Positions 37,993 through 51,875 of a stretch of 64,000 bases of DNA are shown in pieces. Source of the stretch: Octopus bimaculoides (Eukaryota). Under the pieces are notes generated by a model, which had not been told where the DNA came from, did no database searches, and was given only the letters and a program-made list of their open reading frames with translations. A program made the translations under genes and the position numbers. Every line of letters begins with the position of its first letter. Position 1 is the first letter of the stretch. The DNA lies in NCBI RefSeq assembly GCF_001194135.2, contig NC_069003.1:19197554-19261553 (forward strand), in the 5' to 3' direction.

Positions 37993-40200
37993 AAAAAGTA
38001 ACTAAATACAATGTATTTTGTTCCCTGCTTTCCTATCCTATGAGGATACTTCTAAGTTGTTGCTCAACTGCCCTTCCAGAAATGGCAACCAAATCTCTCT
38101 CAAACTCATCCTGTTGTCTTGAATTATATTAGATAAAGTAATTCTACACATCACTAAAAAGACAGGATGGCCACTGCTGGAATTCCTTTAAACAATGGTC
38201 TGTTCTATAAGTGCTGGCCTTGGTGTTGTTAAACAACACCAACTTAGTCTTGCTTCTCCTACCATGGCTACTGCAACTGATGATAATTTCTAATATAAAC
38301 AGAGATCCATGAATTTAGTAGAGAGATGTTAGTTGATGCTCATCAATACCAGCACAAGACCGTTACTTTATTTTATCGACCCCCAAAAAGATGAAAGGTA
38401 CAGTTGACCTCAGTGGAATTTGAACTCTGGACATAAAGAGCTGGAACTGAATACAACAAGGCATTTTGTCAGGTAATTTAACAATTGTGCCACTCAACTG
38501 CTTTTAAGGATTTCTGATTTAGGCAGAAGGTAAGAAATTTTAAGGGAGGGGGATTAGTTGATACCAATGGCATCTCTCTCTCTCCTTATTGTTAAGAGCC
38601 TCCTTAACTGAGTGAGGGTGTATTTGAAAGAGTGGGAGGTAGCTTTATACTAGGTATTGAAAGGCTAAAATATGATGAAGGAGCAGCAAAGGGGTCTTGA
38701 TATAGAGGTGAATGGGCCACCTCACATTATATAAGGATGGAAGTAGTTAGAAAAAAGAAAAAGATGGTGATGAGGTACCAAAGCATATTCTCAAGTTACA
38801 AGAAGGTGAATCTGAGGGAGAATATAAGCAGTGGATCATGATGGAAGGAAAGAGTAGGAAATTTCATGAGAGTGTGGGAGGAGAGTCTGGCTCTCTGCTG
38901 GTTACAATGAAGAGGGTCCCAACTGATTCAATCAACAGAACAGCCTGCTCATGAAATTAATGTACAAGTGGCTGAGCACTGCACAGACACATGTTCTCTT
39001 AATGTAGTTTTTAAGGGAGATTCAGTGTGACACAGAATGTGACAAGGCCAACCCTTTGACTTACAGATACAACTCATTTTTGCCAGCTGAGTGAACTGGA
39101 GCAATGTGAAATAAAGTCTCTTCCTGAAAGACACAATGCACCACTGGGTATTGAACTTACGATTGTGATCTGAATAATCTAAGCCATGCACCTTTGGGGA
39201 TGAGAGTGACAAATGGTTAGATGGGGGTACAGATGAATAAAGTAAGTGAACAAGGGTGGAGGTGTGGTTGACGGCAAATACCAGTATGAAGAGAGGGGGA
39301 AGGTGAGAGAGAAAGAGAGAGAGAATTGGCCCAGGAAGGAGGAGGTGACAAGTGACAGCACTGGAAGGGAGGAGAGCCGTAGTATCATAAATCTGTAGAT
39401 CAGTTAACTGAAATCAATACTGAACCAAATTTTGATTTTTAATATTGGTACCATTCCAAAAACATAACCTATTAAACTGGTTCTTATATATTCTCTTGAC
39501 CCTGGAAGGTGAGCTGACCGTACTAAGATTTGAACTAGGAGCACAAAGATATACAAGTAAATATCACATGTATTTTTGTCAATGCTCTATCAACCCTGCC
39601 AATTTACTATCCTGAAATACATCACCAGACACTTTCATTTCTTCTCTCTGAGGCTAAATAATAATTTAGCAAACTTATTGATTGAAAGCAAGCATCTGTT
39701 CTACCTCTGGCAACACAGCTTGTCATACAAGCAATGGTAGGGAGAACAAACCAAACAACAACAAAAAAAAAAAACCCTTGCATAAGTAATAACTAAGAGC
39801 AACTGTCGAGAAAATTCCAAAATATGGCATATCAATGAAATGCAAATATTCTATATGGAGAATTCTAAACACAAGAATTTCTGCTAAATCCGTGTTGGCT
39901 GAAGCTCAAATGACAGAGTGACCCGAAAATATGATGCCTTATTTTTCTTTATTCTTTTTTCTTTTCCAACATTGCAAAAGCCATGTGGTCAAAGAGTTAT
40001 GTATTGATCTTCTGTGATTTTTCTGATGTGATGTGCATTGCCTTTTTATCGGGTAATTGTACAATTTGTAAAACTTTCAATGCAGTTTCCAATGAATGGT
40101 GCCAAAAAAATCCATAAGTTAGCTGATGGCATTCACTTGACTTGTAATGAACAACAAACAACATAGCTACACAAAACCATACAGTATTATTATTATTATA

Positions 40201-40229
<29 letters not shown>

Positions 40230-40241
<12 letters not shown>

Positions 40242-40640
40242 AGGCAGATTTGTTAGTACACTGGGAAAAATACTTAGCGACATTTCGTCCATCTTTACGC
40301 TCTGTGTTCAAATTCCACCAAGGTCAACTTTACCTTTCAGGGTCGATAAAGTACTGACCCTTTCCCCCAAAATTGCTGGCTTTGCACCAAAATTTGAAAC
40401 CATTATTATAATTGTTATTAAAGTGGGGAGTTGCATAATTGTTGGCATGCTGGACACAATGCTTAGTGGCATTTCATCTGTCTTTATGTTGTGAGTTCAA
40501 AATATGCCAAGATCGACTTTTTCATCCTTTCAGGATCGATGAAATAACTACCGGTTGAAGACTGGGATTGATGTAATTGTCTTATCCCCTCCTGCAAAAT
40601 TTCTGCCCTTGTGGCAAAATTTGAAACCAGCATTATTATT
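40230..40640 (+). mobile_element. Two tandem family A SINE copies
   Basis: Core GTTCAAATTCCACCAAGGTCAACTTT and a second degenerate copy. Confidence 0.65.
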
Positions 40641-41604
40641 AGTAGTAGTAGTATTGTTGTTAGTATTATTTGGAGAATGATTAAGTACAAATGAAGGAAG
40701 AGTGCCATATTAATTTAATTTTATTACTCTAGATTCTGATATCAAATCTAGCCAAAATAAACTTTACTTTTCATTTCAACATAGTTGATGAGGCAATAAT
40801 CAGTACTATACAAAACTTCCGTTCACTAGACTATACTCCCACTGCTACAATATCTGATTATGTGTCTATTCTTTGGGGAAGTTCTTAAATGGAGGAAGTA
40901 AGCAATTCTGGAGAAGAGGCACATGCAAATGTGACACTGTTGGAACAGAACTGATGTAGGAGCCACTAAGTAGTTGCTCAAACTGTAGGAATTAGTAGCT
41001 AAATCTCCACCAAATCATACCCATGTAGGCCCTTAAGATCTGTGTATATGATGTAAAGCAGAAGTTAAAACCTATGAGCTGCAAAGACAAAAATCTTCAG
41101 TTATTTTCCACATCTTCCAGTCAACTCCTCCTTTACATAATCAGCTGGAAAATGTAGTCAAAAAATTATAATTACCTTTTGAACAAAAAAATCTATAATT
41201 TTATGCCCATGTATATATATATACATATATATATATATATGTATATCACTGAGTAAATCTATTAGTGGGAAAAATTTGAAATATTTCACACTGAATCATA
41301 CAGTAGATCATACCACCAAATGAACATGGTACCACCCCACCCTGCCCTGTCCAATTTTAGTACCCCAGGTGATCATCAAGTTTGCCTTGTACATAGCACA
41401 GGCCCTGATGCAAAGTCAGCTCAAGCAGAGTGGACCACTCATGATTGTCAACAACAATTGTTAGTTCACTTCCCTGCAATGTTATATTTCTACAGCCAAC
41501 CTACCAGCTAAATAAATCTTCTTGTGCCTGGCATGGAATTTAAAATTGAAGAATCAACATTCGAGAAGAAAAATGGAGAAAAAAAGCCCCAAATAACCAC
41601 TTAC

Positions 41605-41674
41605 ATCTTCAACTGTTGTAGTGGGTAAAAGTTTCAAGGGCTTCACAGCCATATGGTCGAGATAGTTTTCATAC
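41605..41674 (-). CDS. MPDZ: MPDZ exon: (R)YENYLDHMAVKPLKLLPTTTVED
   Basis: Acceptor ttttctag, donor GAT|gtaagt; 70 nt, phase 2 to 0, completing the Arg codon from the previous exon. Resembles RNKDAVNQMAVCP after PDZ8. Confidence 0.88.
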
Positions 41675-42829
41675 CTAGAAAATGTATGAAAAATAGATAT
41701 AAATTCATGACAAACTATGTTGAAATCAGTTTATTTTAAAATATTTTACATGGTAAAGGAGAAAAAAGAAAAAAGAAAAAAGAAAACAAAAATTGTTACA
41801 ACAAAAGAAATCTTTAAATTACAATAAAATCAAAAGGTGTATGAAGACCTAATGGCTGGAGTGTTAGCAGTATGACTGTCAGATCATTGATTCAAGCCTT
41901 GGACAAAGCAGTGTGTTGTGTCCTTGAGCAAAGGACCTCATTTCACATTTCTCCAGCTACACTCAGCTGAATTAAGTATTAGCGGTAACCTTGTGATAGG
42001 ACACAGTTCAAGGTGTTTTACCCATGGAGTAAGGTGGGGACTTCAAAAGTAGGATCAACTATCATCTGACATTAAAAGACTATAATTCAAAATACCCATG
42101 ACATTAGCTCTCTCTCTTTCACACACACACAAATTCACCAAAATAAGGAAAAAAAACAACACATAAAAGTACAACATAATTAAGGGCTCACTAATGAATC
42201 TCTACCATTTGCAGACTTTTAAATGGTTTGTTTAAATTGTTAGAAATTTTAAATACTTCTTTGAAGAAGAAGACCTGATGCTTTAATTGTAAAAAGTACA
42301 GTGTTTATGAGAGAACATTTTTGTAAGAAAATATGTATTTTATTATAATAGGCAATTAAAAAAAATTGTCACTATTTTATCCCTTTATTCTAATCTTCTC
42401 CAATGTTATCTGAATTAACACAAAAAATATTTTTACTATAGTGTTTTATGGAGCTTTTTTGTAGCTCTATTCTTCCTCAAACTTTCATTCATTAGTTTTG
42501 AAATTTGAATACATTGTACCTCTTTTCATACATATAATGTTGCAATGCTAAACAGAAAAAAAAAGCTGAATGAATTTATCTCACAAATCAATTATTTAAC
42601 CTCAGTCATGAATGGAGCCTCTACATTAGGGATTGAATCAAATTGGGGTACACAAGAGAAATTGTGAGAGTATACAAGGTTTGTAAAAACACTGGAATTT
42701 TGAAGTAATCACAATCAATTAAACACAACTTGTGGGTCTTGAAAAATGCATGGAAAGCCTTTTGTTGTTCCTATCCATTTATCATTGTGAACAAAGGGGT
42801 TTCAACAATCTTTTATCATTTCTTTTAAT

Positions 42830-43200
42830 CTCTTTTTGTTTCAGTCATTAAACTGCAGTCATGCTGGGACACCGCCTAGAAGAATTTTTATTTTTAGTTG
42901 AATGAATCAACTCCAGTAGTTCTTTTTAAGACTGGTACTTATTCTATCAATCTCTTAGGCTGAACTACTAAGTTATGGGAATGTAAACAAACCAACACTG
43001 GTTGTCAAGTGGTGGTGGGGGAAACACACACACATATAGGATGGGCTTTTTTCAGTTTCTCTTTACCAAATCCACTTACAAAGCTTTGGTCGGACTGATG
43101 CTTATAGTAGAAGACATTTTCCAAGCTGTCACATAGTGGCAACTTGGAACAACCTGGAACCATGTGGTTGGGAAGCAAGCTTCTTACCACACAGCTACAT
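42830..43200 (-). mobile_element. SINE family B copy
   Basis: Homology to the other copies. Confidence 0.75.
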
Positions 43201-45604
43201 GTTTATAGCCAAAAATGAATTTCAGACAAGATTGCTAGTTGAGAATGTTTATATGGGTGAGACTCTCTGAAATTGTGCCTAGAACTGGGTAACTTGTTTG
43301 AAAATTCAACTCATTCATCACATTAAAAATGTAACATTAACTTAAATGAAACAGATTTCTTACAGAATTATGAAGCCAATAATTTTAGGAGAAGAAACAG
43401 TTGATTAAATTGACTGGTACTTTAATTTATTGATTCTGGACATATAGAAAGTAAAGTTGACCACAGCAGGATTTGAACTCTTTAATTAAATCAATAACAA
43501 ATAATACATGTCTATCTTTGGTTTTATATTGTCCAACCATTCTATATAATATTCTTCATACAAGATACACTAATACTGCAGGATATGATGAAGGGTTACA
43601 AGGAAGAAAAGGCTTGAGTGTTCTAGAGCTTCTTAATTTTTGCATTAGTCCCTTGTTTCAAGTATGAAAGCAATGACTTTGCTGTCACTTTTCAAGTCAC
43701 TTAATTTAATCACTCGACTGAGTACTTGTACTTCTTAAGAGTGAAGTAGAGTCTCCAATGTTTGCTTTCTTAAATGATAAAAAATTCACAAAGACGGTGA
43801 ACAAATGTATAAATGTAATTTTCTTTTGAAAACATTGCAAGGTTTTAATGTGGAGAATGAGGCTACTTCAACTGAAAGTAGTCTTGTGCTGCCAAAATGA
43901 TTATTATTTTTAATGAGATTTTAAGTTACCAAACTAATACCATTAATTTCTGACAGTAAAAAGTATTAGCATGATGACTCACAAGATTCTAAAGAAATAA
44001 CATTTTGTAGAATACTGGTATGGCTGAGTGGTTAAGATGTTTGCTTTGCAACTACAAGGCTTTGAGTTCAGTCCCAGAGTGTCGCTCCTAGGGGGAAGTG
44101 TCTTTTACAACTGCTTTGAGATGATCAAAGTCTTGTGAGTAGATTCAGTAGACAGAAATTGAAACTTATTATATGCATCTGTGTGTGGGTGTGCTACCAT
44201 GTGTTGACATTGCATGGTAACTGTGATCAAATGTCACCATCATACAAATGGTGCGATTCACTTGCAATCTTCCATGAAAACATGTCTGACCATTGTATTA
44301 CCATGTTCAGTGGATGAGGGGAAAATATTACCTCACTTAGAAATAGGTGAGAGTTGTGGCAGGAAGAGCATCTGGCTATAAAAAACATGGCTCAACGAAT
44401 TTCATCTGAACCATATAAAGTTGGGAAAAGTGGACACTATGATGATGATGATGATGTACCATAACAAAATTAAAGTACAATTGTTGTTTAGTTCCAGGGC
44501 AACCTGATTGAATATGCTCATGATCATAGAAATTCCAGCCATGACCATCGCTGGCTGTTTTGAGTAGCTGTTATTGTTTAGCTTCAAGTCAGCTCTGTTC
44601 AAACAGACTGTTAAACAAAGATGTTCCAGCCATGACCATCCATCCCATCATATTTTTAGGCATAGTAAATAAATAACCAATGATATTAACAGGCTGTGAT
44701 ATGAGGCAGATTTAGTTGCTATTTCAAGCTGGTCAAGTGACCATATGAAGTTACCCTTACCGGCTTCCAATTTTGTGATACTGTTGTTGTTTAGTCCTAG
44801 GTCAAACCTGACCAAACAGACCTCTTATCAAAAGCATTACAGTAATGACCACCCCATCTTATTTTCAAGCACAGTGCATCCAGAACAACATTGTTCAACA
44901 TCTTCTGTCCTAGGGTAAAATTTGTGGTAGATTTGGCTGCTATTTCTAGCATGCTCAGTAACCACATAAAGTCTCTTGCTCTCTCTCACTGTTTGTCTTT
45001 TCACCCCATAACCAACTCCTTCTTCACACTGTTAACTTGTGCCCTCCACCCCCACCCCACATGTCAGTGTGGTCATGTTACCTCTCAAGTAATCATATCA
45101 TTGTTGTGTGGTTTATACAAGTTGAAGTGTGAACCCAGATAATGAAGAACTGGAACAAAAGACTTATTTAGCCACTAATGGCTGCTGAATGTGTATGCAT
45201 GCATNNNNNNNNNNNNNNNNNNNNNNNNNNNNNNNNNNNNNNNNNNNNNNNNNNNNNNNNNNNNNNNNNNNNNNNNNNNNNNNNNNNNNNNNNNNNNNNN
45301 NNNNNNNNNNNNNNNNNNNNNNNNNNNNNNNNNNNNNNNNNNNNNNNNNNNNNNNNNNNNNNNNNNNNNNNNNNNNNNNNNNNNNNNNNNNNNNNNNNNN
45401 NNNNNNNNNNNNNNNNNNNNNNNNNNNNNNNNNNNNNNNNNNNNNNNNNNNNNNNNNNNNNNNNNNNNNNNNNNNNNNNNNNNNNNNNNNNNNNNNNNNN
45501 NNNNNNNNNNNNNNNNNNNNNNNNNNNNNNNNNNNNNNNNNNNNNNNNNNNNNNNNNNNNNNNNNNNNNNNNNNNNNNNNNNNNNNNNNNNNNNNNNNNN
45601 NNNN

Positions 45605-45636
<32 letters not shown>

Positions 45637-46117
45637 TTACTAAGTTGCTCTCAACACACACACAATTTGTCTTTCTCTTTCCTACATTCACACATGCTAT
45701 TTCTCTCTCTTTTTCTTTTTCTTTTTTTTTCAAACACAAACACACTTTCTGTCATACACACACTCTGTCTGTCTGTCTGTCTGTCTCCCTCTCAGATATG
45801 GATACACACAAATCCAGTGTTAAATATGTGGGAATCTATCAAATATACAGAAATTGGTAGAGATGCAACGAAAGAAAGAAGGAAGAAAGAGAGACAGAGA
45901 CTAAAAGAGAGAGAAAGAGAGAGAGAGTGAGTGAAAATGATAAGTGTAGAGGGAAATAAACATAAAGAGAAAGAGAGAGAGAAGGGAAGACAGTGAGAGA
46001 GGGAGAAAAAGAGATGAAGAAGACTGAGAAAATAGAGATAAGAGCTGGGGTGGGGGAGAAAGACAGAGAAGGAGCATAGGAAGAGAGAAGAAGAAAGGGA
46101 TATACAAAGAAGGGGAG

Positions 46118-46210
46118 AGAGTGAAACAGGGAGAGAAGGAGGGACAGAGTGAAACAGGGAGAGAAGGAGGGACAGAGTGAAACAGGGAGAGAAGGAGGGA
46201 CAGAGTGAAA
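46118..46210. repeat. Minisatellite about 3.3 x 28 bp within a 370-bp purine tract
   Basis: AGAGTGAAACAGGGAGAGAAGGAGGGAC starting at 46118, 46146, 46174 and 46202. Confidence 0.9.
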
Positions 46211-46439
46211 GAGAAGTAAAAATAACAAGGGACATCTATGTGGAAGTCCAAGATTTGTTTTGGTAACAACAACAACAACAACAACAACCAAACTAACCAA
46301 CTTGAAACAGATCTATAAATCACAAACCACTTTTACTTTATCCCCCTCCTCCTCTCCATCCCCACCTTTTACTCTACTCAAAAGACACACTGAATAGAAT
46401 AATAGATCAATATTCTGTAGAATAACAACAATAATAATA

Positions 46440-47930
46440 ATAATAATAATAATCCTGTCTACTAATGACACAAGGCCTGAAATTTGTGGGGAAAGGACTA
46501 GTCGATTACATTGACCACAGTGTTTCACTACTTAATTTATCGACCCTGAAAAGATGAAAGGCAATGTCGACCTCAATGGAATTTGAACTTAGAACGTAAA
46601 GATGGACGTAATGTTGCTAAGCATTTTGCCTGGTCTGCCAATGATTCTGCCAGCTTGCTGATTAGATAACAACAATAATAATAATATTGATGATAATAAT
46701 AATGGTAAATAGTTTCTGAGTTAGGTATCAAGGCCAACAATTTTAAAAGGGAGAGTGCTTGTCAATTATATTGACCCCAGTACTTGCCAAGTACTTTATT
46801 TTAATGACCCAAGATGAATGAAAGGAAAAGGTGACCTTGGTGAGATTTGAACTGTATACAACTGGAAGAAGTACCACAAACCATTTTGGTTGATGTTCTA
46901 ACAATTCTGCTAGTCTATTATCTTAATACTAATACTAACCATTTCTAACATAGGGACAACACATGTAATTCTGAGAGAGGAGGAGGTTAGTCAATATCAT
47001 GAATCACAAGTACTAAACTAGTATTTTATTTTATCAACGTCAACAGACCGAAGGACAAAGCTGACAATGGTAGGATTTGAACTGAAAACAAAGAGCCAAA
47101 ACGAATACTGCAAAACATTTTTTTCCAACACTCTAATGATTCTGCCAATTTAACTCTCTACGAATAATAATTCTTTCTAAATTTGGTACAAGGCCAGCAA
47201 ATTTGAGAGCAAGGGAAGTTGATTACTTCAACTCTAGTGCGACCCCTAAAATGATTAAAAGAAAGTTGACTATAAAAGGCGGCGAGCTGGCAGAAACATT
47301 AGCACGCCGGGCGAAATGCTTAGCAGTATTTCATCTGCCGTTACGTTTTGAGTTCAAATTCCGCTGAGGTCGACTTTGCCTTTCATCCTTTCGGGCTCGA
47401 TAAATTAAGTACCAGTTATGCACTGGGGTCGATGTAATCGACTTAATCCCTTTGTCTGTCCTTGTTTGTCCCCTCTATGTTTAGCCCCTTGTGGGCAATA
47501 AAGAAATAGGAAAGTTGACTATGGTGCAATTTGAACTCAGAACACAAAGATAAATGAAATGCCACTATGAAATGCCTGGCATGCTAACAATTCCACCAGT
47601 TCACAGCCATAACAATAATAATAATCCTTTCTACTATTGGCACAAGGCATGAAATTTTGTAGGAGGGGATTAGTCGATTACATCGACTCCAATGTTTCAC
47701 TGGTATTTACTTTACTAATGATAAGAAATGTTTCTAATTTTGGCAGAAGGCCAACAGTTTTAGATGGAGGGGATCTATTACATTGATTCCCAGTGCTTAA
47801 CTGGTACTTATTTTATTGATACCAAAAGATGAAAGGCAAAGTTAACCTCAGAGGAATTTGAACTCAGAATGTCAAGTGCTGGGAGAAATGCTACTAAGCA
47901 TTTTCTTCAACACTCTAATGATTCTCCCAG
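46440..47930 (-). mobile_element. Cluster of about 5 older family A SINE copies (minus strand) hosting the young insertion
   Basis: Repeated ...GATGAAAGGCAAAGTTGACCT...ATTTGAACTCAGAA... separated by (AAT)n tails. Confidence 0.75.
47274..47509 (+). mobile_element. Young tRNA-derived SINE, family A (GGCGGCGAGCTGGCAGAA...), with 13-bp TSD
   Basis: A-box-like TGGCAGAA, B-box-like GAGTTCAAATT, CpGs intact; GAAAGTTGACTAT at 47261-47273 and 47510-47522. Confidence 0.88.
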
Positions 47931-49183
47931 CTCAATAAGTCATAGGGTTTTCAAGAGTTTTTGAAACAACATTCTAAAAATGATCTTCTCCTAAAGAATC
48001 TTATTTGTTTCTCAAAAATGGTATTTTATTCCATTAGCCTTTTACACATAATGACAACCACCAAGTTATGGGACATATTTGCTTACGAAAAATGTAACCA
48101 TTTTGGTTCAGATGCTGACAATCTCAAGATACATGGAAGATTATATGCACAGTCAAAATACACATGCTTTCATACCATTTCCTTTCCACAAATTTCAATC
48201 ACAAGGCTGCCATGGCACTTAACCCTTTAGCAACCAGATTTCTTTGTCAAACGTCATACTTATACATTCACATGGTTTTGAATTAATTATGCATTATCTT
48301 GTAGCTTCAAGATTTTGATGCAATTGTTTTATTTTTAGAAAGGTATTGTAGGGTAAGGGTAAGAGGCCAAATCTGGAGGAGTTAAACATAAAACATAGAA
48401 AATGTTGGCTTGATATTACCCCTTTAAATGTTAAAGTGGTTAAAGTGCAGTCCACTAGGATGGAAGCCATTACTAAGCTGTGAAGTGAACTTTTTATGTC
48501 TATGTGCAATTGGGGCAAGATATGTGAAAGCATGTAGCCAGGTTATTAGGGTTTGGCTCATAATCATGAGGTCATAAGTTCAATCCCTGGTCTAGGCAGT
48601 GCATTGCTTTCTTAAGCAAGGTGCTTCATTTTATGTTGCTCCAGTCCACTCAGCTGTAAATAAGTACCAGTCATGTGGTGGTGCAGCCCTTTCTCCATCC
48701 AGTTGTCACCCCCTAGATATGCCACTTGTGGCTAAGTCAAGAATATGTCTATGTCTGCCTGCTCATTACTCCACAGACACCTAAATCAATCAACAAAAAC
48801 ATGGCACATGGTACCATGTCATACTCACTTGGGAGTGACGGTTGTAGTTTTCATATTACATATTCATCATATGTTTGGCTACAAATGTTATTCCATCTAC
48901 CTAATTTTTATGGGTGGGACTCTAAATCTGTCACTGATTTTTGACATTGCTGTCACCACCACCAGCACCACCATGCTGTTGGGTGCCTTTAGTAGAGTCT
49001 ACTCTGTTGCAAGCATTTGGATCAGATTTCTGATCTGAATTCCTCCTCTATTCACAGCGCTAGTCTCTGGGGTCCTGCAAAGATGTTATTCCCTTAAGCC
49101 TTAAAACATTAACTACAACTAAACAAACAGGATCACATATCAGAACCAAGGTTTCTTTCAATTCTTCTCTCAATCCACTGAAG

Positions 49184-49223
<40 letters not shown>

Positions 49224-50240
49224 NNNNNNNNNNNNNNNNNNNNNNNNNNNNNNNNNNNNNNNNNNNNNNNNNNNNNNNNNNNNNNNNNNNNNNNNNNNNN
49301 NNNNNNNNNNNNNNNNNNNNNNNNNNNNNNNNNNNNNNNNNNNNNNNNNNNNNNNNNNNNNNNNNNNNNNNNNNNNNNNNNNNNNNNNNNNNNNNNNNNN
49401 NNNNNNNNNNNNNNNNNNNNNNNNNNNNNNNNNNNNNNNNNNNNNNNNNNNNNNNNNNNNNNNNNNNNNNNNNNNNNNNNNNNNNNNNNNNNNNNNNNNN
49501 NNNNNNNNNNNNNNNNNNNNNNNNNNNNNNNNNNNNNNNNNNNNNNNNNNNNNNNNNNNNNNNNNNNNNNNNNCAGTGGCTCTCTGATAAATCTCATTAT
49601 TTCAGTGTGTGTGTGTGTGTGTGCAATCATCATTTGATGTCTCTTTTTCCATGCATTGGTTTTGGCAGTTCAAATGATGAACCAGAGGCTGCACTGAACT
49701 CTAATGTCTGCTTCAGCACAGTTTCCGTAGCTGGATGATCCTCCTAATGCAACTACTTCAGATAATGTAGTGGGTGATTTTGTTGTGACACCAGCACCAA
49801 GTACCCACAAGACAAGATTCCTAAACTGAGTGAGGTATAGTATTGAGGGATATGAAAGTTATGATAGAGGGGTATATATAAATGGATCTTGGACGGTATT
49901 TTTGATGATGTGTGTTCAGTTGTTCAATCAGCTATACTACTAAACTCACTGAATTAGTGTGTAAAGTGGATGAGTGTTCCACACCCAAGTGTACCCTTAA
50001 TGTAATTCACAGATAGAGTTGGTGTGACAAAGTTGAACCTTTTGACTCAAAAGTACAATTCAACTGATGGGCTTCTACATAGTTTCTGTGTATCTAATTT
50101 CATTTACACCTATAGGTGAACACGAGGTTATAGAAAGTGATACTTACTCAAAATGCTACGCAATAGAATGAAAACTGGGATTTCATCATAGCAAAACAAA
50201 CTTAAACATTTGCCCATACTGCATTTGCCTTGCTCTCTTG

Positions 50241-50270
<30 letters not shown>

Positions 50271-50274
<4 letters not shown>

Positions 50275-50430
50275 TCATCATCATCATCATCATCGTTTAA
50301 CGTCCGCTTTCCATGCTAGCATGGGTTGGACGATTTGACTGAGGACTGGTGAGACCGGATGGCAACACCAGGCTCCAATCTAAATTTGGCAGAGTTTCTA
50401 CAGCTGGATGCCCTTCCTAACGCCAACCAC
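50271..50430 (-). mobile_element. Young RTE-tail / SINE 3' end
   Basis: (CAT)n-CGTTTAACGTCCGCTTTCCATGCTAGCATGGGTTGGACG..., CpG-rich; homologous to 18810-18950 and 59815-59965. Confidence 0.65.
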
Positions 50431-51051
50431 ACAATGATATTGCTTCCAATGAAACTTGATTTTTATGACTATACCAACTATGATTTCTGTCTGCTCCCTC
50501 AGCCCTACCCCTAACAGACACTGCCCCTTTGTTCTCTCAGACTTAGATATACAAGGATTTGATAAACAAGTCTATAAATTAAAAACTGACCCCATAAAAA
50601 CAAAAAATCAGTGTAAAGCAGGGTCTGTAACAATGTATATCTTCTTGATACCTTAGTAGCTTCTGTGCTGGAGTGAAGGCAGCATGTTCTTTGTCTATCT
50701 CCTTAACTTCTTGGAAATTTTACGCATAATTATACTAATGTGTGCATCTGTTTTAATTTAATCAAATTCTATGTCTTTGTGCAGCTGAGGATTGCGCTGC
50801 ATTTTAAGTTGATATAATGATTGCATTGTTCAATTAAATGGAGTTGCATGAAACGATCGTACTGCATTACCTCTGGATACCCTTGTTGCTTATTTTGATT
50901 GATTGATTGATTGTTTGTTNNNNNNNNNNATGTATGTATGTATGTATGTATGTATACATAAATGATGTGTGTAGTCTCCTTCTGCTGATTTAATTCTATT
51001 TCTCCTGCTTTGTTGCTTTGTGCCATTATGTATATATATATATACACACAC

Positions 51052-51170
51052 TATTATGAGAATGTTGTTGACAGTCATTTTGAAGTTTCAACCAGCTAAG
51101 CTGTCAGCAGTCTGATGATGGCTTAGCTGGCTGAAACTTCAAAGTCACTCTCAACAACATTCTTGTAATA
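51052..51170. repeat. Palindromic element (55-nt arms, 9-nt loop)
   Basis: 51052-51106 pairs with 51116-51170, about 8 mismatches. Confidence 0.65.
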
Positions 51171-51519
51171 AATTTGTACTCTACAAAAGTAAAGATTAAA
51201 GTAAAATTGCTTTTATTATAACTGAACATAAAAACAAACATTTATATGTGTGTGTGTGTGCATGCAAGTGTTAAAATAGCCAAATAATTTCCTTTCAAAC
51301 AGGTTATATTATCAAAGACATGACTGTTTGTCTTCAATCTTTTTTATTAAGAGATTTTCATATTAATCCTTTAGCATTTAAACCAGCCATATCTGGCACA
51401 AATATTTTGTTTTATGCTCAAACTGGCCAGACATAACCTTGCAAACCTACCCTATAATCTCTTTCTAATAATATACAATCACATCAGCAAAAGCTATGAT
51501 ATATCTTCTATCTTTTACT

Positions 51520-51875
51520 TGTTTCGGTCATTAGACTGTAGCCATGCTGGGACACCTCCTTGAAGAATTTTTAGTTGAATGAATCGACCCCAGTACTTTT
51601 TTTAAAGCCTGGTACCTATTCTATTGGTCTCTTTTGCAGAACCACTAAGTTATGAGGATGTAAACACACCGACACTGGTGGGGGATAAACATAGACGCAA
51701 AGACACACACACACATATGAGGTTCTTTCAGTTTCTATCTACGAAATCCACTCACAAGGCTTTGATTGGTCCAAGGCTATAGTAGACACTTGCCCAAGGT
51801 GCCACACAGTAGGATTGAACCCAGAACCATGTGGTTGGGAAGCAAGCTTCTTACTACACAGCCACACTTGCACCT
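51520..51875 (-). mobile_element. SINE family B copy
   Basis: Homology to the other copies. Confidence 0.75.

Noticed and set aside
45164-45930. Long ORFs of 150-300 aa here and at 58861-59766, 49133-49633, 17800-18214 and 21903-22263
   Set aside because: Artefacts of N-gaps and microsatellites.
47278-47370. tRNA gene
   Set aside because: The A/B-box-like motifs belong to SINE heads; no cloverleaf with an acceptor stem.
51080-51145. CUGAUGA...GAAAC hammerhead-like spacing
   Set aside because: Stems I and II cannot form; the sequence is better explained by the long palindrome.
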